Assembly (NCBI GenBank): GCA_023404705.1
Contig: JAEYAU010000092.1
Span: 7,527 to 71,526 of the forward strand
Direction of reading: 5' to 3'
Source: Pseudomonadota bacterium
GTDB taxonomy: Bacteria > Pseudomonadota > Alphaproteobacteria > Rhizobiales > Xanthobacteraceae
DNA: 64,000 nucleotides
Of this stretch, positions 19,716-29,007 are shown piece after piece. The notes under the pieces are model-generated. The model did not search any database. It saw nothing but the letters and a program-made list of their open reading frames with translations, and was not told where the DNA came from. The position numbers and the translations under genes are program-made. Position 1 is the stretch's first letter; each line of letters starts with the position of its first letter.

Positions 19716-20582
19716 ATGGATCCGGCCTCGTTCGCGATACAGCTCCTCAACGGCGTCCAGTACGGCTTCCTGCTGTTCCTGGTCGCCGCGGGGCTGACGC
19801 TGATCTTCGGCATCCTCGGCGTCATCAACCTGGCGCACGGATCCTTCTACATGATCGGCGCCTATCTGGCCTACTGGCTCTCGGCCAAGACCGGCAGCTT
19901 CCCGCTCGCGGTGGCGCTCGCGCTGCCGCTTGCGGCGCTGCTCGGCTGGGCGGTCGAGCGTTTCGCCATCGCGTATCTCTATGAGCGCGACCACCTGCAC
20001 CAGGTGCTGCTCACCTATGGCCTGATCCTCATCTTCAACGAGCTGCAGCGCATCCTCTGGGGCAACGACGTGCACGGCATCGTTCTGCCGGACATGCTGG
20101 CCGGGACGCTGCCGCTGACGGAATTGCAGTCCTATCCGGTCTATCGTCTCGTCGTGTCGGCGCTGTGCGTCGCGGTGGCACTGGCGATGTATGCCGTCAT
20201 TCACGGCACCCGGCTCGGCATGATGATCCGCGCCGGGGCGAGCAATCGCGAGATGGTGCGGCTGCTCGGGATCGATGTCGGCCGGCTGTTCGCGATCGTG
20301 TTCAGCGCCGGCGCGGCTCTCACCGCGCTCGCCGGCATGCTCTCGGCGCCGGTCAGTTCCGTCTATCCCGGCATGGGCGAGAACGTCCTGATCATCTCCT
20401 TCGTCGTGGTGGTGATCGGCGGCATCGGCTCGATCAAGGGCGCGTTCCTGGGCGCCATGCTGATCGGGATCTCGGACACGTTCGGCAAGGTGTTGCTGCC
20501 CGATCAGGCCGGCATGGTGGTCTACGCGCTCATGGCCGCGGTGCTGCTCTGGCGCCCGCGCGGCCTGTTCGGGGTGGCGTGA
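19716..20582 (+). CDS. ABC transporter permease (LivH type)
   Basis: MDPASFAIQLLNGVQYGFLLFLVAAGLTLIFG..., ATG at 19716 within ORF 19656..20582. Confidence 0.85.
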   Translation: MDPASFAIQLLNGVQYGFLLFLVAAGLTLIFGILGVINLAHGSFYMIGAYLAYWLSAKTGSFPLAVALALPLAALLGWAVERFAIAYLYERDHLHQVLLTYGLILIFNELQRILWGNDVHGIVLPDMLAGTLPLTELQSYPVYRLVVSALCVAVALAMYAVIHGTRLGMMIRAGASNREMVRLLGIDVGRLFAIVFSAGAALTALAGMLSAPVSSVYPGMGENVLIISFVVVVIGGIGSIKGAFLGAMLIGISDTFGKVLLPDQAGMVVYALMAAVLLWRPRGLFGVA

Positions 20583-22351
20583 TGCTGCACCTGCCGCGCC
20601 CGGTCGTGCTGGTCCTCCTGCTCGCCGCGGTGGCGATCGCGGCCGTGCCCTGGGTCGGCGAGCGCTTCCACGTCCAGCTCGTCACCCAGATGATGGTGCT
20701 GGCGATCTTCGCCATGAGCCTCGACCTGCTGGTCGGCTTCACGGGGCTGGTGAGCTTCGGCCACGCGGCCTTCTACGGCATCGCCGGCTATGGCCTGGCG
20801 ATCCTCACCCGAGACGCCGGACTGACCTCAATCGCCGCGACCTTGCCGCTCACGCTCGCGGCGTGCGGGCTCGCGGCGCTTGCCATCGGCGCGCTCGCGA
20901 TTCGAACCACCGGCATCTACTTCATCATGGTGACGCTCGCCTTCGCGCAGATGATCTATTTCTACTTCAATGATGCGCGCGACTATGGCGGCTCCGACGG
21001 GCTGGCGATCAACACGCGGCCGCTGCTGGCTGTCGGCGACGTTACGCTTCTCAACCTGCAGAACCGCACCACGTTCTTCTATGTCGCCTTCGCCGCGCTG
21101 GTCGGCACCTTCCTGTTTCTCCGCGCGCTGCTGCGCTCGCCTTTCGGCCAAGTGATCACGGCGATCCGCGTCAACGAGCCGCGCACGCGCGCGCTCGGCT
21201 TTCCGGTCGCACGCTACAAGCTGGTGAGCTTCGTGATCGCGGGGATGCTCGCCGGGCTTGCGGGTTATCTCGGCGCGGCGCAGTTCGGCATCGTCAATCC
21301 GGCCCATCTCGGCTGGCGCGAGTCGGGGCGCGCGCTCATGGTCGTGATCCTGGGCGGCACCGGCACGCTGTTCGGCCCAGCGCTCGGCGCCTTTGTCTTC
21401 GTCCTGCTGGAGGACTGGTTCTCGAGCCTGACCGAGCACTGGCTGCTGCTGATGGGCGGTTTCGTCATCGGCGTCGTGCTGCTGCTGCCGAACGGCATCG
21501 CGGGCCTGCTGCTGCGGCTGGCGCACGATCGTCCACAGCCCGCGCAGCCGGAGGCGCCTGCGCCGACCGCGGAGCTGCGCATCATCGCGCCGCGCGACAC
21601 CTCGATCCTCGAGACCGAGGGACTCGGCAAACGGTTTGCCGGCCTCGTGGCCGTGAAGTTCGTGTCGCTGCGCTTCACGCCCGGGCATGTGCACGCCGTG
21701 ATCGGGCCGAACGGCGCCGGCAAGACCACCTTGATCAATCTGCTGTCCGGTGAGCTCCCGCCGACCTCGGGCCGGATCCTCTTCAAGGGCGAGGATGTCA
21801 CGGGCCTTTCGCCCGACAGCCTGTCGCGCCTCGGGATCGGGCGCAGCTTCCAGATCACCAATCTCTATCCTTCGCTGACCTGCCTGCAGAACTGCTGGGT
21901 CGCGGCGCAGTCGCGCATGCCGAGCTCGATGCGCTTCTTCCGTTCCGCGGTCCATCTCGGCGATGTGCGCGCGCGCGCCGACAGGGCGCTCGCCCGCTGC
22001 GGGCTCGCCGACCGGCGCAACGATCTCGCGGCCGCGCTCAGCCATGGCGAGCGCCGCCGCCTCGAGATCGCCATGGTGCTCGCCACCGAGCCGGAGCTGC
22101 TCCTGCTCGACGAGCCGCTGGCCGGCATGGGCCCGCAGGAGAGCCGCGAGATCGTCGATCTCCTCGCGGCGCTGGCGGGCGAGCATACGCTGATCCTGAT
22201 CGAGCACGACATGGACGCAGTGTTCGCGATCGCGGACACGCTCACGGTGCTGGTCAACGGCGAGGTGATCGCGAGCGGTCCGGTCGCGCAGGTGCGCGCC
22301 GATCCGGCGGTGCAGCAGGCCTATCTCGGGCATCAGGAGGCCGCCGCATGA
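20582..22351 (+). CDS. fused ABC permease (LivM type) / ATP-binding protein (LivG type)
   Basis: A single ORF. The N-terminal ~320 aa form a polytopic permease. After a Pro/Ala linker (RPQPAQPEAPAPTAE) comes an ABC ATPase with GPNGAGKTT, LSHGERRRLEIA and LLLLDEP. The ATG overlaps the previous stop (TGATG). Confidence 0.85.
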   Translation: MLHLPRPVVLVLLLAAVAIAAVPWVGERFHVQLVTQMMVLAIFAMSLDLLVGFTGLVSFGHAAFYGIAGYGLAILTRDAGLTSIAATLPLTLAACGLAALAIGALAIRTTGIYFIMVTLAFAQMIYFYFNDARDYGGSDGLAINTRPLLAVGDVTLLNLQNRTTFFYVAFAALVGTFLFLRALLRSPFGQVITAIRVNEPRTRALGFPVARYKLVSFVIAGMLAGLAGYLGAAQFGIVNPAHLGWRESGRALMVVILGGTGTLFGPALGAFVFVLLEDWFSSLTEHWLLLMGGFVIGVVLLLPNGIAGLLLRLAHDRPQPAQPEAPAPTAELRIIAPRDTSILETEGLGKRFAGLVAVKFVSLRFTPGHVHAVIGPNGAGKTTLINLLSGELPPTSGRILFKGEDVTGLSPDSLSRLGIGRSFQITNLYPSLTCLQNCWVAAQSRMPSSMRFFRSAVHLGDVRARADRALARCGLADRRNDLAAALSHGERRRLEIAMVLATEPELLLLDEPLAGMGPQESREIVDLLAALAGEHTLILIEHDMDAVFAIADTLTVLVNGEVIASGPVAQVRADPAVQQAYLGHQEAAA

Positions 22352-23058
22352 CGCCGCTGCTGGAGGCCGAAGGGCTGCAGGCCTGCTACGGGACCAGCCA
22401 CGTCCTGCATGGCGTCGATCTCCATGTCGGGCACGGCGAGGTCGTGAGCCTCATGGGCCGCAACGGCATGGGCAAGAGCACGACGCTGCGCACCATCTTC
22501 GGCCTGCTGCGGCCACGCGCCGGAACCGTCCGGATTCACGGCCGCGACATGACCGGCGCGCCGGCGCACCGCGCTTCGCGCGCGGGCCTCGCCATGGTGC
22601 CGGAGGGGCGCGGGATCTTCCCGAACCTCACGGTGCGCGAAAACCTCGTGATGGCGGCGCGGCCGGGCCGTGACGGTCGCGCGACCTGGACCCTGGACAT
22701 CGTGCTTGCCCTGTTTCCGCGCCTCGCCGAGCGCCTGCGCAACATGGGCTGTCAGCTCTCGGGCGGCGAGCAGCAGATGCTCGCGATCGGCCGCGCCCTG
22801 ATGACGAATCCGGATCTGTTGATCCTCGACGAGGCGACCGAGGGACTGGCGCCGCTGATCCGCAACGAGATCTGGGAGATCCTGATCCAGCTGAAGGCTG
22901 CGGGAGTGGCGGCGCTGATCGTCGACAAGGATGTGGCGGCGCTCGCGCGCGTCGCGGACCGCTGCATCATCCTGGCGAAGGGCCGCGTCGTCTACACGGG
23001 CGTCCCCTCAGCGCTCGCGGCCGACCGCGAGATCATGGTCCGCCATCTCGGCGTGTGA
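22348..23058 (+). CDS. ABC transporter ATP-binding protein (LivF type)
   Basis: GRNGMGKST, LSGGEQQMLAIGRAL and LILDEATEGLAP. The ATG overlaps the previous stop. Confidence 0.87.
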   Translation: MTPLLEAEGLQACYGTSHVLHGVDLHVGHGEVVSLMGRNGMGKSTTLRTIFGLLRPRAGTVRIHGRDMTGAPAHRASRAGLAMVPEGRGIFPNLTVRENLVMAARPGRDGRATWTLDIVLALFPRLAERLRNMGCQLSGGEQQMLAIGRALMTNPDLLILDEATEGLAPLIRNEIWEILIQLKAAGVAALIVDKDVAALARVADRCIILAKGRVVYTGVPSALAADREIMVRHLGV

Positions 23059-23069
23059 AGGAGACCGTC

Positions 23070-23471
23070 ATGTCTGCCGAAGTCCTGATGCCCCCCGATT
23101 GGGCCCTGCCGATCGGCTACAGCAATGGCATCGTCGTGCCGGCCGGCCGCATCGTGTTCATCGCCGGCCAGGTCGGCTGGGACGCGCAGCAGCACTTCCA
23201 GAGCGAGGAGCTGGCGCCGCAGTTCGAGCAGGCTCTGAAGAACATCCTGGCGGTGCTCGCGCAAGCCGGCGGCGCGCCGCAGCACATCTGCCGCATCACG
23301 GCTTTCTGCATCGACAAGCCCGCCTATCTCGCGGCGCGTCCGCAGCTCGGCCGCATCTGGCGTAGCCTGATGGGGACGCATTTTCCGGCCATGAGCATGA
23401 TCTTCGTCGCCGATCTGCTCGACTCCCCGGGAAAGATCGAGCTCGAGGCGACGGCGGTCATTCCGGCTTAG
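23070..23471 (+). CDS. RidA/YjgF/L-PSP family protein
   Basis: The ATG at 23070 is preceded by AAGGAG. It reads ...GRIVFIAGQVGWD...ITAFC...MSMIFVADLL..GKIELEATAV. Confidence 0.75.
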   Translation: MSAEVLMPPDWALPIGYSNGIVVPAGRIVFIAGQVGWDAQQHFQSEELAPQFEQALKNILAVLAQAGGAPQHICRITAFCIDKPAYLAARPQLGRIWRSLMGTHFPAMSMIFVADLLDSPGKIELEATAVIPA

Positions 23472-23480
23472 CCGATCCGC

Positions 23481-24458
23481 TTACGCGGCTTGCGCCTCCG
23501 CCAGCTTCGTCACCAGCCGGCGTGCCAGGCCGGACGCGGCCAGCCGCCGGTATTGCGCGGAGACGACCGTGGTGCGCATGGGCTGCACCTGCTTCTGCAC
23601 CAGGCGTTCGATCTCGTGCAGCGCGTCGGCATCGACCGGCCGGCCGATCAGGGCGTCGGTGCCGGCGAGGATGAAGGGGCGCGAGTTGGTGCCGGTGAGC
23701 GCGATGCGCAAGCGCTGCGCCACGCCGTCCGCGACCGAGAGCGCGACCGCGACGCCGGCCAGCGGATAGTCGATGGCGCCACGCACGCGCACCTTGGCGT
23801 AAGTGGAAGGCGCGGGATCCGGCGGCAGCAGCACGGTTGCGACAATCTCGTCGGGTGCGAGCGTCAGATGAGCGCGGCCGTCCTCGACATAGAGATCGGC
23901 GAGCGGAATGCGGCGGCGGCCCTGCGGACCGACGATCTCGACCTCGGCGCCGAGCACCAACAAGGCCGGCGCGAGATCGCCCGTGAAGGCAGCGTGACAG
24001 CGCTGGCCCTGGGGCGCGACATGGCAGACCTCGCCCTGCCGCTTGAGGCAGTAGCCGTTCGCGCTGCGCCACCATTCGCTCTGATTGTAGTAGACGCAGC
24101 GCGTGTCGAGGCAGAGGTTGCCGCCGACCGTACCGAGCGCGCGATGGCCCGGCCCCGCAACCGCAGAGGCGGCCTCGCAGACCGCGCGGTAGCGCTCGCA
24201 GATCAACGGCAGGCCCGAGACCTTGGCGAGCTTGACGCCCGCCCCGATGCGCAGGCCGGCGAGTGTCGCCTTCACGCAACCGAGCTCGTCGATCCCCGAG
24301 AGATCGATGAGTTGCGTCGGCTCGCCGATGCCGTGGCGCAGATTGACCAGCAGGTCGGTCCCGCCGGCGACGAAGCGGCTCTCGGGATTGTCGCGGCGGG
24401 CCGCGATCGCGGCCTGCAGATCCTTCGGCTGCACCAGCGCGAAATCGAGCGTGGTCAT
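23481..24458 (-). CDS. hcrB: 4-hydroxybenzoyl-CoA reductase beta subunit (FAD-binding, with Cys-rich insertion)
   Basis: MTTLDFALVQPKDLQAAIAA...GGTDLLVNL is a CO dehydrogenase flavoprotein fold. The insertion is CLDTRCVYYNQSEWWRSANGYCLKRQGEVCHVAPQGQRCHA. The ATG overlaps the hcrA stop (ATGA). Confidence 0.85.
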   Translation of the reverse strand: MTTLDFALVQPKDLQAAIAARRDNPESRFVAGGTDLLVNLRHGIGEPTQLIDLSGIDELGCVKATLAGLRIGAGVKLAKVSGLPLICERYRAVCEAASAVAGPGHRALGTVGGNLCLDTRCVYYNQSEWWRSANGYCLKRQGEVCHVAPQGQRCHAAFTGDLAPALLVLGAEVEIVGPQGRRRIPLADLYVEDGRAHLTLAPDEIVATVLLPPDPAPSTYAKVRVRGAIDYPLAGVAVALSVADGVAQRLRIALTGTNSRPFILAGTDALIGRPVDADALHEIERLVQKQVQPMRTTVVSAQYRRLAASGLARRLVTKLAEAQAA

Positions 24459-26755
24459 GAGGCCCTCCGGGCTTGCAGGCGCGCGCGGCGGCGGCGCTCC
24501 ACCAGCGCTTCCATCACGCGGTCGGGCGTGAGCGGCAGTGTGTCGATGTCGATGCCGATCGCATCCGCGATCGCATTGGTCAGCGCCGGCGGGAAGCCGG
24601 CGAGGGCGCCCTCGCTTGCCTCCTTGGCGCCGAACGGGCCGTTCGGATCGTGGCTCTCGACGATGTGCACCTCGATCGGCGGCGACTCGGCAATGGTCGG
24701 CACGCGATATTCCAGCATGCTCGCATGCAGCGGCAGGCCCTCGGCGTAGCGCGTCTCCTCGCACAGCGCCTGGCCCATGCCCATCCACACCGAGCCTTCG
24801 ATCTGCCCCTCGACCGCGAGCCGGTTGATGGCGTGGCCGCAGTCGAGCGCGGTCCACACCTTGTCGACCGTGACGAGGCCGGTCGCCTCGTCCACGCTCA
24901 CCTCGACGACCTGCGCCGCATAGCTGAAGCCCATGGTCGAGCCGACCGCGCCTCCACGGTGCTTGCCGCCTTGCGCGTCGGGCGGGCACGTGAAGCTGCC
25001 CGATACCGTGATGGGGCCGTTGTCCACCAGCGCGGCCCTGACGACCTCGGCGAAGGGCAGGCTCGCTTGGCCGGCATGGCCGACGCGGAACTCCTCGCCC
25101 GCGCATTCGACGTCCTCGGGCCGCGCCTCGAGCTTGCGCGCGGCCGCCTCGGTGAGCACGCGCTTGAGCCGTTGCGCGGCGTCGATCGCGGCATTGCCGA
25201 CCATGAAGGTGATGCGCGACGAATAGGCGCCGTTGTCCTTTGGGGTGAGCGCGCTGTCGCCCGCGATCACGCGGATGCGGTCGAGCGCGACGCCGAGCGT
25301 CTCGGCGACCGCGATCGCCACCATGGTGGAGGAGCCCTGGCCGATCTCGGCCGCGCCGGTGAGCGCCGTGATGCCGCCGTCGAAATCGACGCGCAGGTTC
25401 ACGACCGCGTGCGGCTCGCCGGTCCAGTGGATCGGCTTGGCGGCGCCGCTGACATAATGCGAGCAGGCCATGCCGAGGCCCTTGCCGGGCGGCAGCTTGC
25501 CGCGGCGCGCGTGCCAGCCGCTCGCGCGCTCGACGCGATCGAGGCATTCGGCGAGGCCGTAGCTGTTCACCATGAGGTCGTTGAGCGTGCGCGTCGGCGC
25601 CTGCAGCAGGTTGGCGCGGCGCACCGCGAAGGGATCGAGTTTGAGCTCCCGCGCCATCCGGTCCAGCAGGCATTCGAACGCGTGGCGCGTGTGGACGCCA
25701 CCGTGGCCGCGCATGGCGCCGCAGGGCGGCAGGTTGGCGTAGACGCGATAGCCGTCGTAGCGGATCGCCGGGATGTCGTAGAGCCCCTGTAACAGCGCGC
25801 CTGCGTAGAGGATCGTGACGATGCCGTAGCCCGCATAGGCGCCCCCGCGCTGCACGGCTTCAAGTTGGCAGGCCGTGATGCGGCCCGCCCGCGTGAGGCC
25901 GAGCTTGAGCTTGAGATCCGTGTGCGGCCGCGCGCGGTGGGTGAGGAAGGTCTCCTCGCGGGTGAGCCGCATCACCACCTTGCCGGCGGCCGCCCGCGCG
26001 AGCAGGGCCGTGACGATTTCGAAATTGAGCGCCTCGACGCGGGCGCCGAAGCCGCCGCCGACGAAGGGCTTGATCATGCGGATCTGCGAAGCATCCATCT
26101 CCAGACAGCGCGCCAGCATCAGGTGCAGGTAGTAGCCGACCTGCGAGACCGTCTGCATGGTGAGCCGCTGCGTGAGCGGATCGTAGTCGGCGAGGCAGGC
26201 ATGGGGCTCGATCTGCGCGTGATTGATCTCGGCGCAGGAGAGCTTGGCGTCGCGCACGATGTCAGCCGCCGCGAAGCCGGCCTCGACATCGCCGAAGGTG
26301 TGGTGCACCTCGCGCTCGAGATTGCCCGGCTTATTCTCGTGCAGCAGCGTCGCGCCCGGCGCGCGCGCCGAATCCGAATCGTAATAGGCCGGCAGCTCGC
26401 GGATCTCGAGCTCGATCAGGGCGAGGGCACGTTCGGCCGTCTGTGCGTCCACGGCAGCGACGGCAGCGACCGGCTCGCCGCGATAGCGCACCCGCTCGCG
26501 CGCCAAGGGATATTCGTTCATGGCGACGGGCAGCACGCCGTAGGTGTGCGCGCAGTCGGCGCCCGTGACGACCGCGATCACGCCTTCGAGCGCCTGCGCC
26601 TTCGAGATGTCGAGGCTCAGGATCTCGCCGTGGCTGACCGGGCTGCGCAGGATGCGGCCGACCAGCGCGTCCGCATGCTGCAGGTCGGCCGTATACTTCG
26701 CGCGGCCCGTGACTTTCTCGATGCCGTCGATCAGGGGAACGCGGCGATCGCTCAT
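24455..26755 (-). CDS. hcrA: 4-hydroxybenzoyl-CoA reductase alpha subunit (molybdopterin, xanthine oxidase family)
   Basis: ATG at 26755 (MSDRRVPLIDGIEKVTGRAKYTADL...) inside ORF 24455..27085. It is a 766-aa aldehyde oxidase/xanthine dehydrogenase Mo-binding subunit. Confidence 0.88.
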   Translation of the reverse strand: MSDRRVPLIDGIEKVTGRAKYTADLQHADALVGRILRSPVSHGEILSLDISKAQALEGVIAVVTGADCAHTYGVLPVAMNEYPLARERVRYRGEPVAAVAAVDAQTAERALALIELEIRELPAYYDSDSARAPGATLLHENKPGNLEREVHHTFGDVEAGFAAADIVRDAKLSCAEINHAQIEPHACLADYDPLTQRLTMQTVSQVGYYLHLMLARCLEMDASQIRMIKPFVGGGFGARVEALNFEIVTALLARAAAGKVVMRLTREETFLTHRARPHTDLKLKLGLTRAGRITACQLEAVQRGGAYAGYGIVTILYAGALLQGLYDIPAIRYDGYRVYANLPPCGAMRGHGGVHTRHAFECLLDRMARELKLDPFAVRRANLLQAPTRTLNDLMVNSYGLAECLDRVERASGWHARRGKLPPGKGLGMACSHYVSGAAKPIHWTGEPHAVVNLRVDFDGGITALTGAAEIGQGSSTMVAIAVAETLGVALDRIRVIAGDSALTPKDNGAYSSRITFMVGNAAIDAAQRLKRVLTEAAARKLEARPEDVECAGEEFRVGHAGQASLPFAEVVRAALVDNGPITVSGSFTCPPDAQGGKHRGGAVGSTMGFSYAAQVVEVSVDEATGLVTVDKVWTALDCGHAINRLAVEGQIEGSVWMGMGQALCEETRYAEGLPLHASMLEYRVPTIAESPPIEVHIVESHDPNGPFGAKEASEGALAGFPPALTNAIADAIGIDIDTLPLTPDRVMEALVERRRRARLQARRAS

Positions 26756-27231
26756 GGCACCGCCTCCGCGGCGCTCTGCACCGACTCGATGATCTTCACA
26801 TAGCCAGTACAGCGGCAGAGGTTGCCGGAGAGCGCGGAGCGGATCTCGTCCTCGCTCGGATGAGGAGTCTTCCGCAGCAGCGCCTCGGCCGCCATGATCA
26901 TGCCGGGCGTGCAGAAGCCACATTGCGTGCCGAGCTTCTCGTGGAATGCCTGTTGCAGCCGGTTGAGCCGGCCCTGCGTCGCCAAACCTTCGACGGTCTC
27001 GACGTTCGCGCCTTCGCAGCGCGCCGCCAGCACGACACAGGACGGAACCGCTTCGCCATTCACCAGCACCGTGCAGGCGCCGCACTCGCCGCCGTCGCAG
27101 CCGGCTTTGGTGCCGGTGAGCCGTGCGGTGTCACGCAGATAGTCGATGAGCAGCGTCGTGTCGGTAACCGCATCCTCGCGCCAGCGGCCGTTCACCTTCA
27201 CGCGCAGCAGACGCTTTCGAGGGCTGGTCAT
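26752..27231 (-). CDS. hcrC: 4-hydroxybenzoyl-CoA reductase gamma subunit (2x[2Fe-2S])
   Basis: MTSPRKRLLRVKVNG...GCDGGECGACTV...CGFCTPGMIM...NLCRCTGY. The likely ATG is at 27231. Confidence 0.88.
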   Translation of the reverse strand: MTSPRKRLLRVKVNGRWREDAVTDTTLLIDYLRDTARLTGTKAGCDGGECGACTVLVNGEAVPSCVVLAARCEGANVETVEGLATQGRLNRLQQAFHEKLGTQCGFCTPGMIMAAEALLRKTPHPSEDEIRSALSGNLCRCTGYVKIIESVQSAAEAVP

Positions 27232-27293
27232 GGCGGAGGCTCCACAGCGCATCGCGGTCCATGCCAGCAGGCGCCGATGTGCGCGCGCGGTCC

Positions 27294-27307
27294 ATGACCG
27301 AAATCAA
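27294..27307. promoter_or_regulatory. FNR-type half-consensus box ATGAC-cgaa-ATCAA (hcrC side)
   Basis: It is centred 69 nt upstream of the hcrC ATG and shares the 13-mer TGACCGAAATCAA with the box at 27359. Confidence 0.4.
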
Positions 27308-27358
27308 GCGCAGCACACGAGTTCTCGCTGCGCCGCAGTAACGAACGCGCCGTCGTGC

Positions 27359-27372
27359 CTGACCGAAATCAA
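27359..27372. promoter_or_regulatory. FNR-type half-consensus box CTGAC-cgaa-ATCAA (ligase side)
   Basis: It is centred 67 nt upstream of the ligase ATG at 27433. It is a direct repeat of the previous box, 65 bp away. Confidence 0.4.
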
Positions 27373-27432
27373 GGAGATGCGCGTGCCATTCGCGGCTTAA
27401 TCATGCATCGATGCATCGGAGCGCGCCGCATC

Positions 27433-29007
27433 ATGAGCACTGCGCGTGATTACAACGCCGCCGTCGATTTCGTCGATCGCAATGTCAGCGAGGGACGAGG
27501 CGACAAGACCGCCTTCATCGATGCTTCGCGCCATCTCACTTATGGCGAGCTGCGCGATGCCGCTTCGCGGGTCGGGCCGATGCTGCGGCGCCTCGGTGTC
27601 GAGCGCGAGAACCGCGTCGCACTGGTGATGCTCGACACCGTCGAGTTCCCGATCCTGTTCTGGGGCGCGATCCGCGCCGGCGTGGTGCCGGTGCTGCTCA
27701 ACACGCGCCTGACCGTGGATCAGTATCGCTACCTGCTCGAGGACTCGCGCGCCAAGGTCGTGTTCGTCTCGACCGCGCTGTTGCCGGACCTGCAGGAGGC
27801 GGCGGCGCGGTTGATCGGCCACGTCCACGTGGTGGCGGTCGGCGGCGCGCCGGATGGTGTCCCACGCTTCGAGCGGCTGCTCGCCGCCGAGAACGACGGG
27901 ATGGCGCCCGCGATGACGAGCGCCGACGAGGTCGCCTACTGGCTCTATTCCTCGGGGACCACGGGCAATCCGAAGGGCGTGATGCACGTGCATTCGAGCC
28001 CGCGCGTGATGGCGCAGGGCGCCGGGCAGGACCGCATCGGCATTCGCGAAGACGATGTGGTGTTCTCGGCCGCGAAGCTGTTCTTCTCCTACGGCCTCGG
28101 CAACGCGATGATCTGCCCGATGTGGGTCGGCGCCACGACGGTGCTCTATCCGGAACGGCCGACGCCGCAGACCGTGTTCGAGACGCTGCGCGCGCATCAA
28201 CCCACCATGTTCTATGCGGTGCCGACGCTCTACGCCGCGATTCTCGCGGACGCGGATTGCGCGCCCGAAAGGGGATCGCAACGGCTGCGCCTCTGCTTCT
28301 CGGCAGGTGAGCCGCTCCCGCCGCATATCGGCGAGAACTGGAAGGCGCGCTACGGGCTCGACATCGTCAATGGCGTCGGTTCTACCGAGATGGGCCACCT
28401 CTTTGTCACCAACCTGCCGGACGCGGTCGAGTACGGCACCGCGGGACGGCCCGTGAAGGGTTACGAGCTCAAGCTCGTGGACGAGCGCAACCACGATGTC
28501 GTGGACGGTGAGATCGGCGAGTTGCTCGTGCGCGGAGATTCCGCGGCGGCCGGCTACTGGAACCAGCGCGAGAAGTCGCGCCGCACCTTCGAGGGCGAGT
28601 GGACGCGCACGGGCGACAAGTATCTGCGGCGCGCGGATGGCACCTATATCTACTGCGGGCGCACCGACGACATGTTCAAGGTGAGCGGCATCTGGGTCTC
28701 GCCCTTCGAGGTGGAGGCAGCTCTGAGCGCGCATCCGCATGTGCTCGAGGCTGCCGTGGTGCCGGCGGAGGACCGCGACGGCCTGGTGAAGCCGAAGGCC
28801 TATGTGGTCCTGAAGAACGGGCATGGCGGCGAGACGGGCCGCGCCATGTATGACGAGCTCAAAGTCCACGTGAAGCGCGCGATCGGGCCGTGGAAATATC
28901 CGCGGTGGATCGAGTTCGTGGACAGCCTCCCGAAGACCGCGAGCGGCAAGATCCAGCGCTTCATGCTGCGCGGCAACGGCGTCGAGCAGCGAGCCGGAGA
29001 CGTGTGA
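27433..29007 (+). CDS. benzoate-CoA ligase family aryl-CoA ligase (candidate 4-hydroxybenzoate-CoA ligase by adjacency to hcrCAB)
   Basis: ATG at 27433 ([13 protein letters not shown]...). Motifs are [18 protein letters not shown] and [23 protein letters not shown]. It is a clear paralog of 16893..18518. Confidence 0.85.
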   Translation: MSTARDYNAAVDFVDRNVSEGRGDKTAFIDASRHLTYGELRDAASRVGPMLRRLGVERENRVALVMLDTVEFPILFWGAIRAGVVPVLLNTRLTVDQYRYLLEDSRAKVVFVSTALLPDLQEAAARLIGHVHVVAVGGAPDGVPRFERLLAAENDGMAPAMTSADEVAYWLYSSGTTGNPKGVMHVHSSPRVMAQGAGQDRIGIREDDVVFSAAKLFFSYGLGNAMICPMWVGATTVLYPERPTPQTVFETLRAHQPTMFYAVPTLYAAILADADCAPERGSQRLRLCFSAGEPLPPHIGENWKARYGLDIVNGVGSTEMGHLFVTNLPDAVEYGTAGRPVKGYELKLVDERNHDVVDGEIGELLVRGDSAAAGYWNQREKSRRTFEGEWTRTGDKYLRRADGTYIYCGRTDDMFKVSGIWVSPFEVEAALSAHPHVLEAAVVPAEDRDGLVKPKAYVVLKNGHGGETGRAMYDELKVHVKRAIGPWKYPRWIEFVDSLPKTASGKIQRFMLRGNGVEQRAGDV

